Assembly: GCF_006345805.1 (NCBI RefSeq)
Contig: NC_042998.1
Coordinates: 157,356,001-157,420,000, forward strand
Reading direction: 5' to 3'
DNA length: 64,000 bases
Source of the DNA: Octopus sinensis
Taxonomy: Eukaryota
Shown: positions 1 through 13,410 of the stretch, piece by piece
Numbering within the stretch: the first letter of the stretch is position 1
Layout: the number at the start of each line of letters is the position of its first letter
Translations under genes and position numbers: made by a program
Notes under the pieces: model-generated
The model's database searches: none
What the model was told of the DNA's origin: nothing
The model's input: only the letters and a program-made list of their open reading frames with translations

Positions 1-660
1 TTATGTAAAATACAGAATAGACAACACATCAGGAAGTGGTAAGTGCAGAATTTATGGACAAAATGGTGAAACTGTATGACATATTACCAGTCAATGTACG
101 CCACTAGCCCAGAAGGAATATAAGAGACGTCATGACAATATAGCAAGGATTGTCCAATGGACATTTTGCAACAAGAATGGACTTGACAGAGCAAAAATGT
201 GGTGAGAACATAAACCCGAAGGCATCATCGAAAATGATAATGATTCTATGGGATTTTATGATTCAGTGCGACCATGAGATAGAGAATAGGAAACCATACA
301 TAGTGTTAATTGAGAAAGAAAGCAAACGATGCTGGATAATAGATATAGGATGCCCAGCTAACAACAAGGTATGCGATAAAGAAGAAAGAACGGTCGATAG
401 ATATGACAGGTAGCTTAGGAGGTTAAGCAGTTAAGGTAGTAGTACCAATAATTGTCGGAGCTCTGGGAACAATGAGTAAAAATCTCGTGAAGTACACGGA
501 ACAAATAGGCGCTGCAATAGGGGTGGAGCACTTGCAGAAAACAGCACTGCATGGAACCGCTCGAATACTCCAGATGGTACTCAAAAAATAAGGGGTGTTA
601 CCTTAGTTCACTGATAGTGAACAGCTGATACAGTAATACATCTCAAGCATTAGAAGCTGT
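1..660 (+). mobile_element. 3' fragment of an R4/Dong-like (RLE-endonuclease) non-LTR retrotransposon, degenerate
   Basis: Broken frames give 'LAQKEYKRRHDNIARIVQW', 'KPYIVLIEKESKRCWIIDIGCP', 'VVPIIVGALGT' and 'LQKTALHGTARILQMVL', matching the RHD..HW zinc-knuckle region and PD-(D/E)xK restriction-like endonuclease of R4-clade elements. Confidence 0.8.
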
Positions 661-1191
661 GGCTCTCATGGCTTCTGATCTTAACTGATTGGAAGTGTCA
701 TCATGTACTTAGTTTTGTCTTGGTATAAAAGATGGGCTACAGCAAATATTCTGCTCAATACCACAGATTTGCTTGTCAGTTGTTTCACCTTAACCAGTTG
801 AGCATGTCCCTTAGTGGCTGACGATTTGTGCATCTCTGATCACGAGCAGAAGTAGTGGGAGAGCATCATAGCCATGTGTTGAGTGGGATTCTTTGGGGTT
901 TGAATAATTCACCTCTGGAAACATGGGTGGTTCTTTCAACATCCTTAAACAACCCTTATTCAGGGACCTTTTGAGCGGGATGGGCTACTCAACCTGAAGA
1001 AATTTCTAACTGGGCCCCACCTGCAAGGTCATATGCTGTTTATCTTGATATGAGATCACCATGTCGCGCACATATGGTTGTAATGCATGTGCTTGGTGTA
1101 CCCTTATCAGACGGGTAGTCATGATGGGTATATTGGGCTTCGTATATTTTACCCCAGTGTCACTTTGATGGCATGAACTGCTCTCTCACTC

Positions 1192-1192
<1 letters not shown>
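661..1192 (+). mobile_element. Non-coding interspersed repeat (~530 bp, possibly RTE-derived) ending in an (AAT)n tail
   Basis: Reverse-complement copy at ~23550-24055 and partial copy at ~18400-18675; shared 3' end 'cccagtgtcactttgatggca..cactc' runs into a microsatellite. Confidence 0.7.
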
Positions 1193-1235
<43 letters not shown>

Positions 1236-1242
1236 TAATAAC

Positions 1243-1283
<41 letters not shown>

Positions 1284-1299
1284 GAATAGGAATAAGAAT

Positions 1300-1331
<32 letters not shown>

Positions 1332-1342
1332 AAAATAATAAT
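1193..1342. repeat. (AAT)n/(AAC)n microsatellite
   Basis: Direct reading. Confidence 0.95.
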
Positions 1343-1349
1343 AAATACA

Positions 1350-1647
1350 ACTCTCTTTAGTACGAAATAGCCCGGTTATGGAAAATGCAGAAGGGAAAGA
1401 TAGTGCCAATTACTGTCGGGTCCTTGGGAACAGTATCAGAAGGCATCAAGAGGAATATCAAGGAAATTAGAATAGAGTGACCAGTAGAACTGTTACAAAA
1501 GATTTGCCTCCTTGGTATGACCAGAATAATTAGGAAAGTTTTATGTAACTGTAAAGAAAGGATAACATGGTACTGTAGGCTGCAGGTAGCATGCTCGCTA
1601 CGCATGCAAGACTCTAGGAGTTCTAAAAAAGCTGTGATAAAAGGAAA
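1350..1647 (+). mobile_element. Short, 5'-truncated R4/Dong-like 3' end embedded in (AAT)n
   Basis: 'YEIARLWKMQKGKIVPITVGSLGTV...LLQKICLLGMTRIIRKVL', then a short 3' UTR; (AAT)n on both sides. Confidence 0.8.
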
Positions 1648-1667
1648 TAATAATAATAATAATAATA

Positions 1668-1711
<44 letters not shown>

Positions 1712-1828
1712 AATAATAATAATAATAATAACAATAATAATAATAATAACAATAATAATAATGATAATAATAATGATAATAATAATAATAAGAAGAAGAA
1801 GAAGAAGAAACAGAAAAAGAAACAGAAG

Positions 1829-1860
<32 letters not shown>

Positions 1861-2075
1861 GAAGAAGAAGAAGAAACAGAAGAATAATAAACAGAAGAAG
1901 AAGAAGAAGAAGAAGAAGAAGAAGAGAAGAAGAAACAGAAGAAGAAGAAACAGAAGAAGAAGAAACAGAAGAAGAAGAAGAAGAAGAAGAAGAAGAAGAA
2001 GAAGAAGAAGAAGAAGAAGAAGAAGAAGAAGAAGAAGAAACAGAAGAAGAAGAAGAAGAAGGAGAAGAAGAAAGA
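1648..2075. repeat. Compound (AAT)n-(GAT)n-(AAT)n-(GAA)n microsatellite
   Basis: Direct reading; explains the poly-N/D/K/E/R ORFs. Confidence 0.95.
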
Positions 2076-2929
2076 ACTCTGCACTGAATAAAAACATGGA
2101 TATGCTACCCTGGGTTCTCCATACAAAAGCAAATCTAATCTAATAGCATCAGTGGAATGGGATAAAAGAACCTGTGGAAGACTCGAAGGAAGCGGCGTTT
2201 TAACGAAAATAATCACAAAAACGAAATTTTACTGCTATACAACGCACAGTTTCTCCTATGCACGATGTCTCAGTGAAACGTCCGAAGGTCACGAGAAATC
2301 AACACCAGAAAGTTTACAAATTATAAAATATAAGTGGAACAAAATCGGAGATAAATTAGGCATACACTCGAATGTCTGAACTGTCATAAATACATTTTAT
2401 TACCCATAGGGATACACATACATCTCAATACTTACACAACTACGTGAAGTTTATAGGACACGCATGCACAAACGAAGCCAAAAAAAAAAAACAAATTCTT
2501 TTCTTATTTTTCGAATTAACACAGAGTGAACAATTCATAAGTTTAAGAACACTACACACACACACATACAAAACTATGCTCGGAGATAAATCTGTCAAAA
2601 AAGAAAAAATACAGACGAATACAGATCTGTTAGCCTTAAGAAGCTACGTTACGAGCAATGTTTTCACCCAGAAAACTCGGAGGCGGTGTTGTCTCAAAAC
2701 ATTAACCCTAAACAGACAGATCCGTCCCCTAATGTCAACGTCCAAGCTCGTCATGCCTCAATGATAACAAAGCAAAATATACACCGGGTCCCCCATCACC
2801 CGGATCAACAATGGCCGCGCACTCCAGTGAGGGACCAGATTGTGTGCGAAAAATCAGCTACTGTTTCAAATTTTCTCGAAACACAGGAGCTGGAAGTACC
2901 CCACAAACAGACTATTCCAGCAGATGGCC

Positions 2930-3220
2930 ATCCACGCTCGTCATCAAATAACCAAAAGAAAAAGAATGAAAAATAGTCACGTGGAGATAATAAAGAAGTT
3001 CTCAAGGCCTTCTATCATGCCATGTATTTACCCACAAATAAATCTAATACTGAATAAACCTACCTAAACTGGAGACAGAAGCACCTTGAATTAAGATCCT
3101 ACATAGACTGTCACAAACTTGCCAAAGCCAGAAGAAACATTATGAAAAAGAAATTACTAACTGAATTAGAGATTGACCAAATTAAACAATCAATAAGGAA
3201 TAAAAGTAACGAAGTTTTAT
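2930..3220 (+). mobile_element. N-terminal ORF fragment of an R4/Dong-like element
   Basis: Reads approximately 'DNKEVLKAFYHAMY...TYLNWRQKHLELRSYIDCHKLAKARRNIMKKKLLTELEIDQIKQSI', like the conserved N-terminus of these elements. Confidence 0.55.
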
Positions 3221-3239
3221 AGATATTATACTTCACTGA

Positions 3240-5600
3240 ATTGGCAGCTAGAGCCTAATGTTGTGCAGCAATGGTCAGGCTTTCGGTAGTACGCTTCAAA
3301 CCACCTCGCTCAAGCCATGCCCACGTTGCTGTATTATCCTTAACGTCTTGTGTATTCTTTTCAAACTGTCCATACATTCTCATTTCAAGAAGGTCTTCTT
3401 TTCTTTTCACCTCAGTTCTTTGGTTAAACTCTTCCTTGCTCATCATTTCATCTGCATATCTTTCAAGGCATATCTTTCACGGCATATTGCAGCAGGTCTT
3501 CATCACTATCAAATGCTCGGCAAGCGTTCTCCTTTCATTCCTTATACAATGGTTTATATTAATTCGTCCTCTGCCACTATTCTTTCTTTTCACATACAGT
3601 CTGTTTACATTTGCTTTAGGTCGTAGCGCCCCAAGCAGCGTCATCAGCTTTCTCGTCCTTCTATCTAGTGTTGATATTTCCTCCTAAGTCCATTCGAGGA
3701 TGGACATTCTATATCTGACCAGCACAACTGCCCAGATATTCATGGCGGTAATCAATTTTTTTTCCTTCAAGTTGGATTTAAACACCATCCTCACCTTGTT
3801 TTGGTAGGCCTTGCTGACCTTGACTTTCATTTCTCTGTGTAGAATGTCATCCAGCTCCAAAATCACTAAATATCTATGCCCACTGCCGTCGGGTTCACAC
3901 ATGGTCTCTCCTGATGGTAACAGCAATCCTCTGCTGGCCGCTTTCTTGCTTCTTTTCATATTAAGTACTGAGCATTTAGTGATCCCAAACTCCATACTGA
4001 TGTCCCTAACATACTTCTGAGCTGTTTTGGTTAAGGAATCTATCTGGTTTTCAGATTTCTCAAACAATTTCAGGTCATCCATAAACAGAAGATGGTTCAA
4101 TAATGGGCCTTTCTTCCTACATCGGTAACCCATCTTAACTTTCCTAAGTGTCATTGTTATGGGTATTAGTGAAATTACAAAAATAACCGAGAAAATGAGT
4201 CACGTTGGAAGATTCCCCTTTTAATATTAACTTCTCTAAGGAATACATTACTTGATTACAATCTGGTTTTCCACTTTTTCATGCTCTGCATCAGAAAATT
4301 TGTGTTGTCAGCAACATCAAACATCTGCAGGCATTCAACAATCCAAGAATGAGGCATCATATCATATGCCTTCTTAAAGTCAATGCACGTCATAGACATG
4401 TTTTTATCCGTCAAATGTAAATAATGTTTGTATGATGTTTTTTACAATGCCTCAAAACTGTTTTATCGATGACCAGGTGATCCTTGGTACCCTGACAAAC
4501 AAGGACAGACAAAGGGATTAAGTCGATTACATCGACCCCAGTGCGTAACTGGTACTTTATTTATCGACCTCGAAAGGATGAAAGGCAAAGTCGACCTCAG
4601 TAATTATGTCTTGATAGTTCCTATCCACATTGCATTCCTTTTATGTACCACATTGCTTTCCCATAATACGCCACAGAACTACTTGTCTTGATTTGCATCA
4701 AGAGCAAGATTTTCCCCATTGTCTCTTTCTAATGTTCAGAAGAATTGCTTCGGGCTACTTTTTAACAATCTGTTCTCCTTGAGCTGCTTATTTCTGTTCA
4801 CAAATTTTCTCATCTTCTTTTTGACATGATCCTCTGTTTTAACTGTCCTATTAATGCACCAAACCCGTTCTTCCGTATTTCATATTTCTTCTCTAATTTT
4901 TTTTCGGTCGGTCCTTTCCCAATTTTTCCAGTTTCCTGTTAACCATTGCTCAATTTTTCCTAGATCTTGCCTTGCTCACATTATGTCTCTTTCAATGCAT
5001 CGTTTCCAACATGGTTCTTTTGCTTTACCATTTTTTGTTCTCTTAAGTTGTAATTTCTCCTCAAAAAGTAATGCAATAGCTCGAAGATTCCTTGTTTGTG
5101 TCATGTCCTCCGACTAGATGTATGGTATGACAGTGTTTATGTTTTGTGTTACTTTATTTATCATACTCCTATCTACCCTTCTCATATTCATGAGGATTTT
5201 TTCTTCTGGAGCAGTCAATAAGTCGGTGAGTCTTATTTGAACTTCAAGCAATTCATTATCTAGCTGGTTCGTTTCCCTTGCATGTCCACCCACAACAGTA
5301 TCAGGGTTCACTGTTTAAAGTTCCTGTTCCTTATCCTTAACAGCCCCATCACCATTAGCCTGTTCCTCCTTTCTATTTTTCTCCCTGCTTTCAACTCCTA
5401 CCTCCCTGTTTTCAGCTCGGACCATCCTTTGTAGCCCATCAGCAAGGTCTCTCAGGCTCTCACTAATCCGAGATATTTCTACTTCAGTTAAGTAACCCTT
5501 CCTCCTAATCACTCTTACTTGGTTCATTAGTTTATTTTCCATGCCAAATTTCAAGGCACATCGACCTACTCCGCGACTTTCGGTCTTTCATGACATTCAA
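3240..5600 (-). mobile_element. R4/Dong-like retrotransposon, 5' region through reverse transcriptase, degenerate
   Basis: Minus-strand motifs 'NQVRVIRRKGYLTEVEI' (N-terminus), 'DFKKAYDMMPHSWIVECL', 'IKRGIFQRD', 'NHLLFMDDLKLF' (RT) and 'AWLERGGLKRTTESLTIAAQ'. Confidence 0.85.
4491..4600 (-). mobile_element. SINE family 1 fragment inserted in the R4-like element
   Basis: Matches the core 'ggtcgactttgcctttcatcctttcg.ggtcgataaataaagtaccagttacgcactggggtcgat' seen in more than 10 copies in this window. Confidence 0.8.
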
Positions 5601-5971
5601 TAAGCATATCGTACACTTCCTTCCTCCACTTATGTCTGTTTTTTGCGCACACCATGTATGTGATCTGTTGTAACATAACGACCGTCCGAGGCCAAATCAC
5701 TGCCCCTGATGCAGACGGTTTCGGACGTGCCGTGCCGAGAACCTCCACCATGATCGGCTATATCTCCATTCTCGCCGTTAATTCTTTCCTTGTTATGTTG
5801 CATCATGGTTTCATGAGTCGTTCGTGGGGTTCCCACGAGAGTTGATATTGAGATCACATCTCTCTCTCTTCCTCTCTTTATTTGTATATACATGTGCACA
5901 TATATGTACGTACGCATATATATAAATGACGTGCTCGCATTGTGTCGCCTCCATAACTATTATCATCATCA

Positions 5972-8900
5972 TCTATATATTAATACGCTTGTACCGTCGG
6001 TGTTTGTCACGTTAAGGGAGATAATTCAGAATTAAATTCGAGTTATTTCCTTTCGTTTTGTGGAAGGAAGAAAATGACGATATATTATCTACATATAATA
6101 TAAGGAAGTGCTGTAACGGATGTATTTCACATATACTTCCACACAATAACTTAAAATATACTTATATTATTAATAAATGTTTGTCTGTCTGCCTCTCTGT
6201 CTGTTTCTCTCTGAACTCTCTTTCTTCCTATCTATGACGTATTCTACAGGTTTATATAAACCTGGACCTTAAAAGCATCTTTAAATGGTGACCATATTTA
6301 ACTTTCGAATAATTTTTATTATTTTTGTGTTATACTACAAATACATTTTCATATAATATTTTACGTTTTCAGTTCGACAGTTCATAGACTGCACATTGCA
6401 CAACGCTCACTTCCACATCCTTGGGAGGTGTGAGCTTTGAGGTTCTTTTTGTTTGTTTTTCAAAGGATACATAAATATAATACATCTGAAATAATTCATC
6501 ATAATTATTGAGAATATTGAATAATATACAAAAACTTGCATAACATTCCCAATATTTTTCATCTGGACACAATTTGCGTACAGCCTATGAAAATTAAAAA
6601 TGATAGAATGCGACCATAGACTTCCAGAAGTAAAGATTTGTCACGGAAGCATGTAGTGAAGCTAAAGCTATTTTAACGTTGCATTATATTCCTGAAGAAA
6701 TTCATTGTAGTATAGTTACAACTGATTACATATAATTCGCTTTATCATTCTATATATTAATACACTTCTACGTTTTCTCATATCACTTACAGATTCAACC
6801 TTTCTTAAAAATGGAAAAGAGAATAAGTCAACAAAGAGTAGAAGCAAGAGAGCGACAGAGAAGACGATGACAACGGTTACGAGCAGAAGAGACGCAAGCA
6901 AATTCGAGAAGAAATGCAAGAAATGAGGAATAATATGAACCAAGAAGAGAGAGAAATTTATCTTTACAATAGAAGAAACAGAAATCAAGAGAGAAAAAAT
7001 AACATGAATCCCGAGGAGAGAGAAGCTTATCTACAGAATATGAGAAACAGAGTTCAACAGTGGAGAAATGCCATAAATTAAGATCAACTTTTAGGATTCC
7101 ATATTGGTGATATGAATGTTATTTGTCGATACTGTGGTGCTCTAAGATTATCAAGTGAGATCCTGAATTGTTGTCACAATGGAAACGTATAAATTCCTGC
7201 TTCGCAAGAATATCCTTGTAATCTTAGGTACTTATTTGATGTAAATAACCACGAAGGGTCTAATTTTAGGAACAACATAAAATATAATTCTGCCTTTGCA
7301 TTTGTTTCTTTTGGCGGTAATATCAAATCTCCGCCAGGACCTGGCCCTTTGTACTTCCGATTACAAGGTCAAATATATCATTATGCTTGCATCTGCATCC
7401 AAATGAAACTGGACAGAGAATATATGGTCAGCTCTACATCCTTGAAACAAATGAAGCAATCTATACCCGAGCTAACGCTAATGAAAATGCCAATAGAGAC
7501 CATCAACAACGTTTCAGGATATCCAGCATACAGGCGGTAGAACAATGGAGACACGATACAAGTGGAAATTCACCAAGTCAACAATATATTTATTGTTCCA
7601 TATAATCGGTATTTGTTGAAAAATATCATGCGCACATTAACGTTGACGTGTGCTCTTCTGTGAAAAGTGTGAAATATATTTTCAAATATGTCTAAAAGTA
7701 CACGATTGTGCAATAATGGAAGTAAGAAATGACATTACAGACAACAACGAACAAATTAATGTACATGAATACAACGAAATAAAACAATATACTTCATGCA
7801 GGTACGTGTCTCCACCTGAAATACTTTGGCGATTATCGGAGATCAAAATGCATGGGCAGTCCCACGCGGTATACCGTTTGACTTTACATTTACCCGATGA
7901 ACAGCAAGTCTACTACATAGCAGGAGAGCAACGACAAGCAGCTGCACGAGCACAAAAACGTGATACACATTTAACCGGTTGGTTCAAGCTAAATCAGTCT
8001 GAAAAGAATGATAGAAATCTTCTTTACTGTGATATCCCTGAACAATATGTTTCACAAGCAGACTACAAAGTGGACACGGCGACTGCGCTTCCATAATATT
8101 CCTTTCTACTCTAGGCAAAAGGCTTGAAATGTTGGGGTTGGGGGCCAATCGATTAGATTGAATCCAGCATGCAACTGGTACTTGATTTATCGACCCCGAA
8201 TGGATGAAAGGCAAAGTCGATCTCGGAGGAATTTGAACTCAGAACGTAAAGACAGACGAAATACCGCTAAGCATTTCGCCCGGCGTGCTAACATTTCTGC
8301 CATCTCGCTGCCTTCGCGCTTCCATAATATTGTAACCAGAATGTACTCAGCAAAGGCCATGTAATGTAGAAAAGTTTCATTTGAGGATGCTACTCATGCA
8401 TATCCCTGGTACGACTTCTTTCAGTCATTTAAGAACTGTTGAATGTGAAGAATTTGAAACTTTCAAAGAGGCGTGCATTACATTGAGACTTATTGATAAT
8501 GATAATGAACTACAAGACACTTTGACAGAAGTAGCAACATATCAAATGCCACGGCAGCTTCTAAACATGTTAGCTATAATTTGCCTTTTCAATCAACTCG
8601 TAAATGCTTTGCATTTATGGAATGAAAACAAAGAATTCATGATAGAATTCATGCTAAGAAATGACAACACTACTGCTGAAAATATTGCTCTTCATTTGAG
8701 AAATGCCATATTTGGAGAAAATGGCTTGCATTGTAGCATGTTGGGTCTTCCCGAACCAGTCGGAGAGCCCCCTAAAAATAAAAATAATACAGAACAACGA
8801 ATTGTAAATCCAAATTTATTGAACATTGAATAAAGAGAACTATTTAATTGCGTGACTGAGGCTGCATTTTCAGAGAAGAAATTAATAGTAGATTGTTTTA

Positions 8901-10366
8901 TTTGGACGCACCAGGTGGATCAGGAAAAACATTTTTGTTCAATGTATTTACGATTACCTTACTGGTATCAATATGAGAGGGTGTACATCTGCCTGGATTG
9001 GTATTGCTGCAACACTCTTGAAAGATAGTAAAACTCTTCACAGTATATTCAAGCTTCCAGTTCCTGTGAGTGAAACATGTGTGTGAATTTTTTCATCAAA
9101 TTCTGATCAAGGAAACATACTTAGGTCTTCATTATTAACGAAGCTTCAATGATACCAGTCTATGCTTTGGAAGCTACAGATAATTGTTCAAGAGGTATTA
9201 TGAATAGTAATAGTATATTTGGTGGGGAAATTATCGTACTAGGAGGTTTTAGACAAGTTCTTGCAGGTGTTCCCAGAGCCCCACCTGCAGCCTTACTTGA
9301 TGCCTGCATCAAACGCTCCTCTATATGGGATAATTTCCATCAAATGCAACTTACGCAAACATGAGAACGAATGCAAATGAACAAGGTTTTTCGAGGCGGC
9401 TACAACTTGGAAGTGGATTTCTTGAAAGATGTATTGATAATCTCGCAGAATATACTATTGATATTCCTGAGGCTGCATATGTAACATTTCTTTAGTATCT
9501 GATATATTTTACAATTGTACAGCAGAAGAAATGTAAAATAGAGTGATCTTGTCCCCTAAAAATTCGAACAGCTTACCAGTAAATGAAGAAAGTCTAAGTA
9601 GATTGCCCACTGAAACTAAAATATATCTAACCACCGACTCAGTAACTTCTGATAAAGAAGAAGAAGCCCAAAATTATCCCAAAATTATAAACTCTCTTAC
9701 ATCTTCTGGAATGTCTCCCCGTCTCCTTAACTTAAAAGTTGAGCAATTATTTTGCTTCTTAGAAATCTCTCTATAACACAAGGTATATGCAACGGAACTC
9801 GCTTGGAAGTACGTTAGATCCACGAATATAGCATCGAAGTGTCAATTATAAATGTATCTCATTCTCACATGAGAGTACTGATTCCAAGAATCAAACTTAC
9901 TCCAAGCGATGCAAACATTCCATTCGTTCTGCATCGGACCCAGTTCCCGGTTCATCGGTTCTATGACAATCAATAAAGCACAGGGACAAACATTCGATAT
10001 AGTTGGCATACACTTGCCATAGCCGTGCTTCTCTCATGGCCAGCTTTACGTAGCTTTTCAAGAGCAAGGGCGATGAACAAGGTGAGGGTTAAAGTGATAC
10101 CTCAAAACGAATCCACCCATGGTTGCAGAAGGGGAATCACCCACACTAGAAACATTGTATATAGAGAAGTGTTGTAACGGATGTATCTAAAATATACTTT
10201 CTCACAATAACTTAATATATACTTATATTATTAATAAATATAACATAAAGGATAATATAATTTTTCATTAGCCGAAATAGTGCAAATTAAACAATTTTGA
10301 TTAAATGATAACTATTCATTGGACGATATTTAAATTATCCGTGAAAATTTTCACGGGTCCAGTTAG
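5972..10366 (+). mobile_element. Helitron (Rep-PIF1 helicase), internally deleted and frameshifted
   Basis: 5' A|TC start at 5972; 3' hairpin CCGTGAAAATTTTCACGG (10339-10356) followed by gtccagTTAG|T (a CTAG-like end). Coding relics: 'ICRYCGAL..CCHNG', 'YNSAFAFVSFGG', 'FRLQGQIYH', 'HAHINVDVC..VKYIFKY', 'RYVSPPE', 'LDAPGGSGKTF', 'MTINKAQGQT', 'FSHGQLYVA'. Confidence 0.92.
8101..8315 (-). mobile_element. Full SINE family 1 copy inserted in the Helitron ORF with a 16-bp target site duplication
   Basis: gcgcttccataatatt at 8085-8100 and 8316-8331; removing the insert restores 'KWTRRLRFHNIVTRMY'. Confidence 0.9.
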
Positions 10367-10377
10367 TTATTATTATT

Positions 10378-10575
10378 AGGCAGCGAGGTGGCAAAATTAT
10401 TTGCGCGCCAGGCGATACATTTAGCGGCATTTCGTCCGTCTTCACGTTCTGAATTCAAGTTCCACCGAGGTCAACTTTACCTTTCATCCTTTCGGGGTCG
10501 ATGAAATAAGTACCAGTTACACAATGGGGTCGATGAAATAAGTACCAGTTACACACTGGGGTCGATGAAATCAAC
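10378..10575 (+). mobile_element. SINE family 1 copy with an internal ~30-nt tandem duplication
   Basis: tRNA-like head, then 'ggggtcgatgaaataagtaccagttacac' present twice. Confidence 0.8.
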
Positions 10576-10895
<320 letters not shown>

Positions 10896-10899
10896 GCAC

Positions 10900-12575
10900 T
10901 TGACTCAGGGTTGGTCTTATTCCTGCTAGAATTTATGTGGTTAATGTTTTGTTACCTGTAACCTTAGACATTCGCTAGCTTTCAATAACCATTGCTCAAA
11001 ACCCTGATAATCTTTCCTGTTCCTAAGAAACGAAATTTCTGTAGGAGCTGTACAAGATATTCCATTCCAGTCATCTTCAACCATTTGTGTATATCATCAC
11101 TCACAGTCCCTAATGCTCCAATTATTACAGACATTACAATTTCTCGCTATTTCAAATTTTAAGTGATTGTATACTTTTTTCACTTTTCACCTTTCTTTAT
11201 GAAACGAAACAGACATGCTGGATCAATTAGTAAGCAACTTCGCTTCGCCTTGTCTATTATTGTTATATCTCGTTCATTATTTTCTATCTTATTTATTTGA
11301 ATTAGAAAATCCCATAAAATCTTGCTTTTCTCCGACTCAAGCACTCTTCCAACCCAATGATTATACCAAGTACTATCAGCTTCAAATTCCCTTTTCTAAC
11401 AAATTTTCCAGTGCAAAACGTTTACAACGTGGTCATGCCTCCACTTTTTCTATTCCCTCTGAGAAACTTCGGGCATTCTGCGATAGTGTGTGCCAACGTT
11501 TCATCCCGAACTTTATACACGTATTTCCTCAAGTTGTTTGTTTCTAACGCTTGGCCTTGAGCTGCTATAATGTTTTCTGTTTCTTTTTTCAATCAAACCT
11601 AAGTTTTTGTCCCACATGCATCTTCAGTGGCCTTCCAAAATGAACCATGCAAATGTTTTTCTTCAGTCTGTTTAACGTGCGCTTTTTGAATTTCATTCTG
11701 ATTCAATACTCCTATTTCACACTAGATCACCTACTCGTTTATACACTGCTTTTACAGTGCTGTTCTGTAAATATTTTAGTAGGCTTTTCCTTTCCATCTG
11801 TATACACCCTTCCACAACAATAAAGCTTCTTCCACACTGGTCTCTTAATATCACCTTTTGGATGGCGGGCCCCATAAATAGTCAACAGCCTTTTAGTTTT
11901 TATGCCTAATTTCTGTGGGTCGCTTTATGTCCAATATACAATTCCGGTTCCATATATGATTACCGGTACTGCTATTACATTTATTACTTCAATAACATCT
12001 GTTGAATTCAGCTTTGACTGTTATATTTTTCTCACTGTCTTTGTATACTCTCTACATGTAATTTGCCTAATCTCTTCATGTTTTGATTCAGCTGCCTCAG
12101 GTATTCCCAGATACTTTTACCAGTGTCCTTTCTCAAGTGCTTTTATGGTTTTTCTCATTAGGAATTTCAGTTCCCTGGCTTTCTTAAAATATTCCTCGTT
12201 CCAATATTAATACAACGCGCTTTTCAATTCCAAATTCCATACCTACCTCATATGAAGAAATGCTAACAGTTTGTACAAGACTTTGAAGCTGCTTCTCAAT
12301 TTTTGCATAAAACTATATCATCTATTAAAAATAGATGATTTATCTGACCATATCCTTTTCCTTATTATGATTTCTTGCAATATCAAACCGAGCAGTATCG
12401 ATGGCACTACAAATGATAATGGAGCTATCATCTTGAAATATACCACGTCCGATGCTCACTTTTCCAAGTCTTTGTTTTCCTCCAATCAATTCAATATTCC
12501 AATGTTTCATACTTTCATTGACAGTTTTCTCCAAATTTTCTGCCACTGCACACATGCACTTTGTTTTACATAACT
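10900..12575 (-). mobile_element. 5'-truncated R4/Dong-like retrotransposon (RT to RLE), degenerate
   Basis: Minus-strand 'KVSIGRGIFQDDS' (RT) plus downstream relics ('HGSFWKATED', 'IIAAQGQAL'); ends in (TAA)n. Confidence 0.75.
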
Positions 12576-12618
12576 AACTGTGCGGCACGATGTCATATGC
12601 TGTAATCCAACCATGCTA

Positions 12619-12677
<59 letters not shown>

Positions 12678-12715
12678 CCATCACCACCACCACCACCACC
12701 ACCACCACCACCACA
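12619..12715. repeat. (CAT)n-(CAC)n microsatellite
   Basis: Direct reading; explains the poly-His ORF. Confidence 0.95.
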
Positions 12716-13099
12716 ACCACCACCACCACCACCATACATACATACGACGAGATCATCACAACCGAGGACTTTTACCAGTTATTCTTCCGATTTTTGTCAC
12801 AATGTTTTATACACTTCCTTACGTTATTGCATTTTTCCAATCATGGTTTTGTGTGTCAGTTGCTACAAAAGTGTCCTAATAATGAAAGACATTAATCAAA
12901 TAGTAAAGGGAAAGTATCGAGGTAATTAAGTCTGAATACGATAAATAAATCAAACAGTGTTATCAAGGATAAAATTTTAATCATAAACAACGGTTTCTAA
13001 AATGCATGGACTTAATAGGATAACAGTTGTTGTAGGTCCCCTTCAGCTTACTGAAAGCTGGGTTACCGAACAACAACTATGTCGGCGCGATTCCTATTC

Positions 13100-13232
13100 A
13101 AACTTTGCTCTCTAACATAAAAAAGTCTCTTCGGCTTATAGTCGGGTCAATGATAAATTTCCCGATTTGAACCTTGTAAGTCGGTGGTGTGTCTTATAGC
13201 CGAGGGCATTTTATAATAGAGTATATACGGTA
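13100..13232. mobile_element. Right-hand terminus of a pogo/Tigger-type DNA transposon or MITE
   Basis: Ends in 'gagtatatacggta|ta' (reverse complement TACCGTATATACTC) with subterminal 'cttatagccg/cttatagtcg' repeats and a TA target; partner end not found. Confidence 0.5.
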
Positions 13233-13241
13233 TATATATAC

Positions 13242-13410
13242 TATTTCTTCACTATCCACAAGGGGCTAAATACAGAGGGGACAAACAAGGACAGACAAAC
13301 GGAGTAAGTCGATTATATCGACCCCAGTGCATAACTGGTACTTAATTTATCGACCCCGAAAGGATGAAAGGCAAAGTCGACCTCGGCGGAATTTGAACTC
13401 GGAACGCAAC
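13242..13410 (-). mobile_element. SINE family 1, long-tail form
   Basis: Core plus tail 'tttgtcccctctgtatttagccccttgtggatagtgaagaaata'. Confidence 0.85.

Noticed and set aside
1149-2216. Long ORFs with poly-L/N/D/K/E/R/H/I/Y runs here and at 10565, 12580, 24030, 26792 and 30956
   Set aside because: They are translations of tri- and tetranucleotide microsatellites, with no domain content or splice support.
2240-2290. GAAACGTC motif as a hammerhead
   Set aside because: No upstream CUGANGA and no stem I.
10490-10575. Short direct repeats resembling a CRISPR array
   Set aside because: It is an internal duplication of a SINE core in eukaryotic DNA, with no spacers or cas genes.
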